A DNA stretch of 64,000 bases from the human T2T-CHM13v2.0 reference genome, Homo sapiens: assembly GCF_009914755.1 (NCBI RefSeq), contig NC_060926.1. One strand, given 5' to 3'. The stretch's first letter is position 1; each line of letters begins with the position of its first letter. This document shows, piece after piece, positions 13,395-24,491 of this stretch. The notes beneath the pieces are model-generated. The model worked only from the letters and a program-made list of their open reading frames with translations, made no database searches and was not told where the DNA came from. The position numbers and the translations under genes are program-made.

Positions 13395-15194
13395 AACGAT
13401 GATATTTGACAATTGTCAGCACAAACATCATAGAACAGTATTTGGGGAGAGGGATCTAAATGGGTCACAACTGCAGACTCTCTTCTAGTAATAACAGTAG
13501 CACGCTGGGCAATAGCAATAATTAAGGGACAGGCCAAAGAACATGAGCCCTAGGAGAAGAGTACAATGAATGGTTAAGACAACAACAAGAAACACCTTAA
13601 AAATATCACAGAAGCCGAAGAAGAATTACAAGAAAGAAGCAGTGAATAATGTCAAAAAGCAACGATGTTAAACTACAAATGAAGAGAATGTGACATTAAG
13701 AGGTAGACTGAGGTGGGCTGTCAGCCTTACTGAGTGCGGTCTCAGCAGGGCGGTGGGAGTCGCCAGGCTCTGGGGAAATGAGAAGTAAACAAAAAGCAGA
13801 GTGGCTATTTCTGAGCTGAACTGTGATAGAAATAAAAAGCAAAGAAAGAAGCCAAGGAGAATATGGTTCTTTTTTTTATTTACAAAATACAAGGGATGTG
13901 AATTTTATGCCCACAAAAAGGGGAGGGGCAGAGAGAGTAGATGCAGTAAAGAAGGAGAGGTAAAAGATACAAGCCAGAGAAAACAGACAGCTTAGAAAGC
14001 CACGCTAAGCAGGGGGGAATGTGGAATCTAGAGCAAGGTAAGGAAAGAAAGTGGCTCTGACCAAAAGAGGAGAGCCCTCTTCCTCGGGAAAAGCTGGAAG
14101 GAGCACATGCAAATGGAATGGAGTTCTCAAATTTTCAAATAAAATACAAAGCCAAATCATGTTCTGAGAATGATGAGGGAAGTGGTGGGGTAAAAGGAGT
14201 AGAGGAGAAGGGGAAGAGGGGGAAGCAACGTAATGCCAAGAAAAAATGCCACGCAATAATAAAGGCCCACTCACAACCCTTCAAAGACCTAGGGATGGAC
14301 AAGTGAAGATGAAGTGAAAAAAGAAGAAATGCATTTTCAGTTGGAAAGAGTGGTCCAAATAAATATAAGGGGGGAACAGTAGAGGGAGGTACAGTATGAG
14401 GCAAAATATGGGGGCTCTCCCAGTACTTCAACAGACACATGTTTTTTTACCTTAATGCCTAGTAATAAAAACAAAGTTCAAGTCCGAAAGAATACATCTA
14501 CCTTTATAGCAAGTTTTTAAAAAAAACAAAAACAAAAAAACCTCTATCTCAAATGAATTCTCAGAAAGCATTAAGAAAGCTTGATGCATAGAGCACAGTT
14601 TTGTGCAAGTGATAGTCTGAACACACAGTACATCAGCAATTTGTAATATACTCACCAATTTTGTGATCCAAACTAGTATTTTTAATATCAGCTTTGAACC
14701 TGTTGCCTTCCCAAATACTTACTAAAGTATAAGTGTTTTAAAATGAAATTACTGACACTTTAACTGCAAGTAGGCTCTAATGCAACTTACAGAATTATAT
14801 CATATACCCTAGGTCCTGGCCAGATAAAATTCACCACAATAAACATTTCCCTAAACCAACAAACAAGTTTCGCTAAAGGCACTAGGGAAAAAGAAGTCCC
14901 ACATCAATTAAATCTCTAAAAATGAAAAAGATAAAACTATGTCAGATATCACTTTGATCACAGCATAATCCACATGAAACATCAATACCTAACATGAAGC
15001 CAAAAAAAAAAAGCCTCTAAGTGTTTTAAAATAAATGAAAGAATGAGAGAAAGAATACAAGCCAACTGAAGTCCTCCAAAATCAACTTACTTTCTTTATA
15101 ATTATCCCTTATTACTCAAAAAGAGAATTCAAGGTGTCCAGGCATTATTGCTAGGTTATTTACAAATTAAAGTTTCAGAAAGCTCTATAGGTTT

Positions 15195-15770
15195 TTCCTT
15201 TAATACACTTTATTTTTTAGAGCAGTTTCAGCTTTGCCATAAAATTGAGCTAAAAGTACAATTTCCATATATCTCCTGCCCCACCCTCCAACCACACAAC
15301 CTCTCCCACTATCAACATTCCCCACCAGGCCCATGAACGTGCACTGACACATCATCATCCCCCAAAGTCCACGGTTTACATTCAGATTCACTCTTAGTGC
15401 TGTACATCCCAAGAGTTTTGACAATTGCATAATGACACATATCCACCATTATGGTATCCAATGAAGAACAGTTTCACTGCCCTCAAACTCCTGTGTGCTC
15501 TGTCCGTTCATTCCTCCATCTCCCTTAGCCCCTTGTAAGCCCTGATCTTTTCACTGACTCCATAGTTTTGGCTTTCCCAAAAAGTCATATGGTTGGAATC
15601 ATACAGTATGCAGCCTTTTCAGATTAGCTTCTTTCACTAAGTAATAGGCATTTCAGGTTCCTCCATGTCTTCCATGGTTTGATAGTTCATTTCTTTTTAG
15701 AGCTGAGTAAATATTCTATTTTGGGGGCACCACAATTTATCTGTTCACCTACTAAAGGACATCTTGATTC
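15195..15770 (-). mobile_element. Old L1M 3' end (L1MC/MD-like)
   Basis: cactttattttttagagcagtttcag...ggttggaatcatacagtatgcagccttttcag. Confidence 0.8.
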
Positions 15771-15915
15771 TTCAATGCTAACAAATGTATTGCTCAAATG
15801 CAGGACGTTACTAATAACTTGTGAGTGGGGGGAGCAATATGGGACTCTGTATTTCCTACCCAATTTTTCTGCAAACCTGAAATTCCTCTAAAAAATAAAG
15901 TCTATAAATAAATAA
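15771..15915 (+). mobile_element. Old L1M 3' terminal fragment in the opposite orientation
   Basis: atgggactctgtatttcctacccaatttttctgcaaacctgaaattcctctaaaaaataaagtctat. Confidence 0.75.
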
Positions 15916-16838
15916 CAAAATAGTTGATTGTAAAAAAAAAAACCCACAGCTTATTTTGCATTCCATTGTGGCATTTTTTTCTGTCACTAATTTTTTGAAA
16001 CTGAATAATGTTTGAAATTTGGGTTACAAAATATTTAAACACCAAAAATTGAGGAATCATTAATGATCTTTTAAAATTCATGATACTGATTGCCCAGCAC
16101 TTTTTACTGACATGAGAAATTTTTTAATTCACATTCCTAGCTCAACTGACAAAACTACCTAGAAATAAGTTTTTTTGATGTATATATAAATACTCAAACA
16201 CAGACACACTTTTCTCCTTATTCTCAAAGAGCTTTATCTATAAGTTCAACTAGGAAACCGCAAAAGGCTCAAACAAAACTTGTCCATCTAACAAAATCAT
16301 TTTTCTTGTTAGCCAGAGATAACAGCAAAACACATATATTTGCAAAACTCCTATAACTCATACAGTGCCACTGGAGTCTTAAAAAATGTCTAGGTGCACG
16401 TTACAACAACCTACGTGGAGTTGATCATTTATTTTTTTACAGTTTTTTTTATACAGATTCTATTTTAAAAGATTATACAGGGACCCAGATTTTGTCTGGC
16501 TCTGCCACTGTGTGTCCCTGTGCAAGACGTTCATTCTTTCTGTGAACTTTATCTATTTATAAAATACGGAATTAAAGTAACTGAACTAGCTTATTTCCAA
16601 AGATTCACTTCATCGTGTTATCTCTTCAGATTCTACACATTTTCAAAAGTGCATCTTCATAGACTAGGATGTCAATCACAAATGTTCTTGGCCATCACCC
16701 AAAGAGTTTAGTCTAGAATATTCCCAACAGCTCAGCAAATAATTCATCTTCAATGCTATGAATATTATAAAATAGGAATTAGGTTAAGCAGAAATTCAAG
16801 AAATCTATCATGTGGAAGCACATGGGTCATGTTAGATA

Positions 16839-16924
16839 AACTAAGTAGAAATTCATTTTATTTATTTATTTTTAAAATTTTTAAAAAACTTGTCACTGAC
16901 TTGAAGCTCAACTAAGTAGAAATT
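16839..16924 (-). other. 56-bp retro-insertion with 15-bp TSD
   Basis: aactaagtagaaatt at 16839-16853 and 16910-16924 flanking a short body plus A-rich tail on the minus strand. Confidence 0.7.
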
Positions 16925-17697
16925 TAAACAAAGGGGATATATTACCTCCCATGGTACTGCTGCTCACCAGACCACCTGGATTCACCTTTCCTGTCAAATC
17001 AAAGGCTGATGGTAGGACAGGCAGTAAAAAGTGAAGACTGAACGTGGAAGAAAGAAATCATCATCTGCTAGCTAGAACCAACCCCATGGGAAAACCAAGG
17101 TACAGAAAAGACAGGCAATAGGTCCGAGTCACAAAGTCTATTAGCTGAAGAGTCAAGATTAGTATTCAGATACTCTAAGGTTCAGTATAATCGTCATCTC
17201 TCTCTTCCAGATCCTTCTCTAATGCAGCTGTTTGGCATCTCTGTAAAAGTGTCTAAGAACTGAGAGAAATTAGGCATGAACTTCAGGAAAACATTAGAAA
17301 CAACTTCAAACAGGGTTCCTGAAAGGCAAAGTTACAATCAACTGCATTACTGCAATAAAACAGTGGCTTAACCAAGAATTTGTATGTAGACACGATCTTT
17401 TAAATTATATGGTGTTAAGCCTACGAAAAATATATAGAAAACAAGGGACAGTATGTACCACATTTTGCAACTTAGGTTTTAACGTTACTTTTATGCACCT
17501 GCTCTGTAAGAATCCAAAACAAAAGCCACAAAACGTTCTAATGCACAGGATAACAAAGAAATAAATATTCAATTCATCTCTTGCAATTATATACATGATT
17601 CCTGCACTGCTGTCAGCCCCGACTCCGTGTACTGAATCCTAAGGATCCAAGGCAGTTCCACTAACATTACTGAGCAGCAGCTGCCATTTCCCCTCAC

Positions 17698-17851
17698 CTG
17701 CCGAGCATAATGCTCTATTTCCTCTGCTCTGGTCTGATACCAGTCCATAACCTTCTCCACCGTAAGCTGGGTCATCCTGAACCTTAGTAACTCAGGCTGT
17801 GCAGCATACAAGAATTCACTTTCATCTTGGAGATTCGGCTCAACAACCATT
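17698..17851 (-). CDS. NBAS: NBAS coding exon (exon 23), 154 bp, phase 2 to 0
   Basis: gcttcacag|AATGGTTGTT...GCTCGGCAG|gtgagg; (R)MVVEPNLQDESEFLYAAQPELLRFRMTQLTVEKVMDWYQTRAEEIEHYARQ. Confidence 0.97.
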
Positions 17852-20655
17852 CTGTGAAGCACAAAAGGACCAATTAATAACTGACTAGAATGTTGGAAAA
17901 ACATATAATTTTGTGAGAGAAAGACAGGGACAGAGATGGGGAGAAAGTAAGAGACAGGGAGCATACATGTATGTGGCTTGTGTATCTATCACATGCACAC
18001 GCACCCTTACAAGATAAATGAGACTTTTTTGGATGCGTAATTTATTTTCCCCCCGTTCTCCCGATTTAAAAAATCAGAAGGCATAATACATCAAAACGGC
18101 TATGCCACAAATCAATCAAATAAGTACTAACAAAATCAAAAATCACCGAGGGAAGCTTTTACAAAATATACACAGCTGGGTGCTTACCACAGGCCCACTC
18201 AATCAAAATCTCCTGTGCTGGCCAGCCAGGCCTAGTTTAGGAAAATATCCCCAGTGATTCCAACTTGAATTTGAATTAAGAAATCTTGTTTTCGATGTTC
18301 ATAAAAATAAGAGGAAATACACCTTATTTATGTTGATAATATACCTCTACTAGGTGCCAGCAATTTAGTACTGTACTGACATTTGCACAGCACAGGACTA
18401 CTCTATACCATTCCCTATCAACTGTGAAAAAAAAAAGAAACCACATTTGGAGGAACACACACAGGGCTAACCTCGTGGGGATTGCTGATCATGAGGAGTT
18501 TTTAACGAGAATGATCATGGCCAATTGCCTTCCATGGTTAAGGACAAAAAAAAAAATACAAAGTAACAAGTATCAGATGGGCATATGTAAAAATGCTATG
18601 TTCCATTAGGGATAGTCATTCATCTAAAGCAAGCTGGCAGTACATGACTGGTGCTACAATGGTTCTTGTTGTAAGGCAATGAGCTTTGGAGTCAGAATAG
18701 AATCAGACATACAATTCCATCACTGAAAGCTGTGAAACCTGCAAATTCCTTAACTAAAACTAGTCTAAGATCTCCTTTATTCCTATTTATTCCTTTTATT
18801 TAAACGGGGAAAACACTATACAAGAATGTTGTGAAAATTCAAAATAACAGAGCACTGCCTGGCACAAAGGAAGTGCTTAATTTTATTTACTGTTATTTTT
18901 GTTAAAATTATTAGCAGAAACACAGCCTGTAAACATTGGGGCATTTTACCCAAATGCCTTTGACAACCTACTTTGCTTATACCTGCCACTACAATAAAAC
19001 TTCCCTATATATGGAATGGTCCTTCACTTACTAGTCTCACAGTGTTGTTAACATTCTTCCAGGGATTTCCCCCCAGCTCTGCCCACACGAAGCACATCAC
19101 TCACTCCTCCTGGCATCTCTTACATCTGCTCTATTTTTGCAAGAAAAAGGGGCCAACAGTAACGCTGAGTTCCTCTGATACCTCCTTCAGTTCTGCATAT
19201 TTATTTCCTCCTCAGCACCCTTTGATAGAACTGACCGCTCCTCCTTCTGGAAATGCCCTTTGCCCCTCGTCAGTCTGCTGTCATGCCGTGAAGCATTCCT
19301 CCCTCTGGCTGCCCCTTCTCAGTCACCTTTGCTACAGCATCCTCCCTCCTCTCCCCAAGCATGAATACCAGAAAGGACACAGGCTTGTTAGCCCAGCTCT
19401 CTTCTTGCTTTCCACTCTCCCCAGTCTCCTCTTCAACTCTACACTATCAATTACCATAGACATTACAACAGCAACAGTACATTTTATAAACCTTTAGGTG
19501 TTTAACTTCATATCTGACTAGTGATTTTAGCTGATACAGAAATCTATAGCAAAAAATATTATCCTCCAAAAGTTTCAAAGGATTGCTCCATTGTTTTCTA
19601 GTTTCTAGTGTTTTTCCTAAGGGGCCTGAGGTCATTCTGATTCCCAACTCCTTTTACATAACATGCCTTTCTCTTCACAAGACTGTATCCCTAATATTCT
19701 GGAAGGTCATGGTGGTATGCTGTAATGTAATAGGCATTTCTGAGGATGCATAATCTTCCATTCAAAGCAATAGGCTTGAATTATTTCTTATAATTTCCTC
19801 CCCTCTATTACCCATGGCATCTCTTTCATCTATAACTTGAATATTACACTTGTTTTTTAAATAACTGGTCTCTTACTTTCTAGCTATGTATTTTTAACCT
19901 ATTTTCTAGGAAAGTTTCTTGCTTTTATCTTCCAACTCTTCTAATTTTTATGTACCAACTATCACATTTTTAATGTCCTAAATTTCTCTTAATTCTGTTT
20001 CTATTTTATACAATGCTATTGATATTTCACAAATACAGTATCTTCTCTTATCTCCAGGTAATATTAATGATAATTTTTAAAGTTTTCGTTGTGTATGTGG
20101 TATCACTTTCTTTCAGTTCCGTTTTCCGTATGTTTTGCCCTTCTTGTTCATTTGTTCTTCCTGCTGGAGTCTAACCTCGGATGTCCAGGAAGCTCTGCAG
20201 GGGTGGCAGAACCTGTTCGTTTGTTGGCTTCATTATGACCTTGTGGTGCACTAACTTTTGAGGGCCATATCTCAGTATCTAGAAACCTCTTTTCAGAGGT
20301 TACTCATTTCTCCAGAAAAGAACTCTCTAAACTTCTACTTGGGGAATATGCCTGCATCTGGGAGCAGGGAGTGGGAAGGAAAGCAGAGTTTGGACATTCA
20401 GGTCATACATTTTCTAAATGCCCAGATTTTCAAACCAATTACTCAACTCCTCCTATGCAGATTCAGATTAATATCCAGTAATCTGAAGGTTTTCTGGCTC
20501 AATTTAGAGGCCCTTTGCCTCAATGCATGAGTCAAAAAAAGCACAAACCTCTTGTCTCACATGAAAAAAGAAAAACAAAAAGGAAGAAGAGACAGTGAAG
20601 GAGTATTTACCCGACTTTGAGGAGTAGGGCATAAAGGCATTCCAATATTCCTCAC

Positions 20656-20741
20656 ATGAATTTTCAGCCCCACACCGACTCTCCCACCCCCCTTCTGCAG
20701 TACTGGATGCCTACACATTCTGAGGCTTCCCAAAGTTAAAT
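20656..20741 (-). other. Cryptic 86-nt pseudo-exon with in-frame stop, NBAS intron 22
   Basis: ttttttttcttgtcag|ATTTAAC...AATTCAT|gtgagg; TAG at 20713-20711 in the NBAS frame. Confidence 0.6.
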
Positions 20742-21094
20742 CTGACAAGAAAAAAAATTAAAACTGATCAAGAACAAAATTGCATACATACCATAATTAC
20801 AACTATAAAAAAATTAATATCACTATATGTGAAAGACTGAAAGGGAATAACACAAAATGAAAACAGTTGTTGTAATAAGCACCATTTTTTAACATAATTC
20901 CTTTGTAGCATTTAATTTTTCCATTAAAAAATTTTAACATAACTGAGTCAAAGGAGTTTAAAACTTCACTCAAACTTTCTAAATTAGGGAGTGTCATCAA
21001 GTAAGGTTTCATTGGTCAGACACCACTTTCACAGGGCCATCAGTTCACCCATCCCACAAAGAAACAAAGATGCCTCCTGCAGGCTCATACTGAC

Positions 21095-21178
21095 CTGCAA
21101 GCCAACTCCTCGCACCAATCTTTAGCTCGGTGTTTATGTTCATGCCAAGGAATGATCATCAGGGAGTCACCGTTAAAA
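21095..21178 (-). CDS. NBAS: NBAS coding exon (exon 22), 84 bp, phase 2 to 2
   Basis: ttttaaatttgag|TTTTAACGGT...GCTTGCAG|gtcagt; (C)FNGDSLMIIPWHEHKHRAKDWCEELAC(R); bridges the frame between exons 21 and 23. Confidence 0.95.
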
Positions 21179-21536
21179 CTCAAATTTAAAAAAAAATAAG
21201 TGTTTAAAATTCACATTACCTCAATGACTTAGCCACACAAGGAGTAAAATGCAAACAGCATCTCTATAACATTAATATCTAAGATTCATGCTTATAGTAT
21301 TTTAAGTGGTACAGGATACATATTATATACATACTATATAAATGGGAAATACCATATTGCTGAATCATAAAATGGCTCAAAAAGAAAAATTACAAATAAA
21401 AAATTTGGCAAGTAATTAAAGGAAGGTATGGATAAGTTTTCATTCACAAATTCTAAAACACTTATCAAGAGCCTGCAGTGCATGTTGTTAAAACCAACAT
21501 AAATGGTCTTCTGGATTGTAAGCTGTTGGGGCAGAG

Positions 21537-21746
21537 TAGTGCTTTCAACAGAACTTCCTGTGATCACAGAAATGTTTTGCATCTTTGCTATCCAATACAG
21601 TAACCACCAGCTATGTAAATGCTCACTGGTTATAAGCACTTAAAATATGGTTACTGACATGAGGAAAGTGATTTTTAATTTAATTTTAATTAAGTTAAAT
21701 TTAAATAGCCACATGTGGCCAGTGGCTACCATATTAGATAGCACAG
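21537..21746. mobile_element. MER3-like hAT-Charlie DNA element
   Basis: aacagaacttcctgtgat...aaatagccacatgtggccagtggctaccatattagatagcacag. Confidence 0.8.
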
Positions 21747-21831
21747 ACCTAGAGGACAGGTGATAGTAAGAGTAAAGGAATGATTCTGCAGGTTGAAAAG
21801 TATCACTGAAAAACAACAGAAAGAAAATCTA

Positions 21832-22082
21832 GGCCTGGTATTGTGGCTCACACCTGTAATTCCAACACTTTAGGAAGCCAAGGAGGGAGGACTGCTTGAG
21901 CCAAGGAGTTCAAGGCTAGCCTAGGCAACATAGTGGGACCTCATTTCTACAAAAAATTTAAAAATTATCCAGGTGTGGTGGTGGCATGCCTGTCATCCCA
22001 GTGTCCCAACCACTCAGAAAGCTGATGTAGGAGGATCGCTTGAGCCCTACTAAAAGGTTGAGACTGCAGTAAGCCATGATCA
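21832..22082 (+). mobile_element. AluJ, 3'-truncated
   Basis: Ends at gccatgatc with no tail; TSD agaaagaaaatcta at 21818-21831 and 22083-22096. Confidence 0.88.
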
Positions 22083-22145
22083 AGAAAGAAAATCTACAGG
22101 AGGCAAAGATAAGGCCTGACTGAATATAACATAAGAATAAATTAA

Positions 22146-22436
22146 GGCCAGGCGCGGTGGCTCACGCCTGTAATCCCAGCACTTTGGGAGGCTGAGGTGG
22201 GCAGATCACGAGGTCAGCAGATCGAGACCATCCTAGCTAACACAGTGAAACCCCGTTTCTACTAAAAATATGAAAAATTAGCCAGGTGTGGAGGTGGCTG
22301 CCTCCCAGCTACTCAGGAGGCTGAGGCAGGAGAATGGTGTGAACCCAGGAGGCAGAGCTCACAGTGAGCTCAGATCGTGCCACTGTACTTCAGCCTGGGT
22401 GACAGACTGATACTCTGTCTCAAAAAAAAAAAAAAA
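22146..22436 (+). mobile_element. AluY-like
   Basis: gatcgagaccatcctagctaacac; ggagaatggtgtgaacc; TSD aagaataaatt. Confidence 0.92.
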
Positions 22437-23744
22437 GAATAAATTTAAACGGAAAAGCAAGGTAAACACAGTATGGTAATAGAGCAGAGCAATGTTCCAC
22501 AAATCAGGACACCTGAGAAACAGAAACAAATCTGTCTCTTCATGAGCTAGGCACTCTCTGGCATGTGACTCTCTAAAATGAAGGGCTTCAAACATTCTCT
22601 CTTAAGTCCCTTTTAGCTTTAACATCCATGAATCCACGAAAACAACTAAATCATTCTGAATTAAGAATAAAGACAAAAATTGTTAAAACAAACTTCAATT
22701 GCCTTGCTTTATAGCTCAATAAAACATTTTCTCTAATATTTCTGAGTATCAATAGTAGCATTTTCCTAAAATTTATCATAGCCCCAGAAAAAGGATTGTA
22801 CTTTCTTATATTATTAGGTTATACAACACACTTTGCACAAGAAACACTTCATAAACGTTTGAAAATTATGTTGGTGAAGAGATTGGTCTTCATGTAAAAA
22901 GTAATAAGAAACCACTGGAGGGTTTTAAAGCAGAAGAGGGAAGCTAATGAGGTCTGGGAAGGGGCAGTGACGACTGATCAATCAACAGCATCACCCTTGC
23001 AGTTATTATTATTGGGGCAAATTATCCAAAGTCAAGGTTCCCCTCTAGATTACAAAATAAGAAGTTTATTATATCGTGTATCTAAAACACAGATTTCCAG
23101 TTAGCATGTAATATCCTAGCAAACTATGTACCAGAGATAGGTTTTTGAAGGTGTGTGAGTCCATAATTTTAAATTTCTGAATCATACAAATGATGATTTA
23201 GAATGGATGCTACAACCATACTATTTCATTTGTCACCAAATAAAAAACTATTTTATTTTCTTCCATGTCAATAACTAATATTTTATCACAGATCACTGAA
23301 AAGTAAAAAAGATAACATCTGGATACAAGGATGATGATGATTACTCTTCCGACATAAGAATAAATTACAGCAATGAATTGAGGAATGAGGAGAAAATAAA
23401 TAAACCTAGCAAGCTATTATGACCTTTCTAATTAAAACAGACATGGCTCCTTAAGCTACATAAAATGTTTTCTAAAAGAATTTTAGAAAAATGTATCACA
23501 AGTTGAGATTTGTATTTCCTATTCAAAGTATATATTAGATGCAAGAGTTATTAGGAACCCTCAGCAAAATAATACTTATTTGGTATGTAGAGACTAGTAA
23601 GTTGTAAAATGGTATCTTCACTGAACAGAAATAAGAAAACAGATATATAATATACATATTTTTTAATCAAAACAGATTTTCACATTTGCTGCATTTTCAA
23701 GGTACAGCACAACCAGTCTGTTTCTAAATTTGCTGATCACACTG

Positions 23745-23810
23745 ATATGATGATGATGACAATGATGATGATAATAATAGCATTACTATTACTACTACTA
23801 CTGCTGCTGT
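23745..23810. repeat. Compound trinucleotide repeat (ATG)n/(AAT)n/(ACT)n/(GCT)n next to a MIR
   Basis: Direct reading. Confidence 0.8.
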
Positions 23811-24185
23811 ATCAGCAATGATCAGTGACAACAATAATCTTTAGCACTGACTGATCTCCTACTATGGACTAGGCCCAATACAATGCTGTTAACATAAAAT
23901 GTCTCAATTTAGTCCTATCAATCTAATGTAGTAGATATTATCTTCCTCATATTACAATGAGAAAACTAAAGCATAAATTAACTTGTCCATCCTAACAAAG
24001 CTAATAAATTGACAAAGCCAGGATTTGAACACAACCAGTCAGAATCCAAAGCTTACACTTTTAGCTAGCATACTAAACTGCCTGTAGAAAGGACATAGGG
24101 ACTATAGTCTAGTCCCCAACCATTTTTCCACCATTCCCCCTCCATGCATCAGGAGCCACCAGTCAGATTTGTACACAGCAGGTAG

Positions 24186-24491
<306 letters not shown>

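Noticed and set aside
18973-19497. 174-aa plus-strand ORF
   Set aside because: Non-ATG start, pyrimidine-rich L2-like sequence, no recognisable protein
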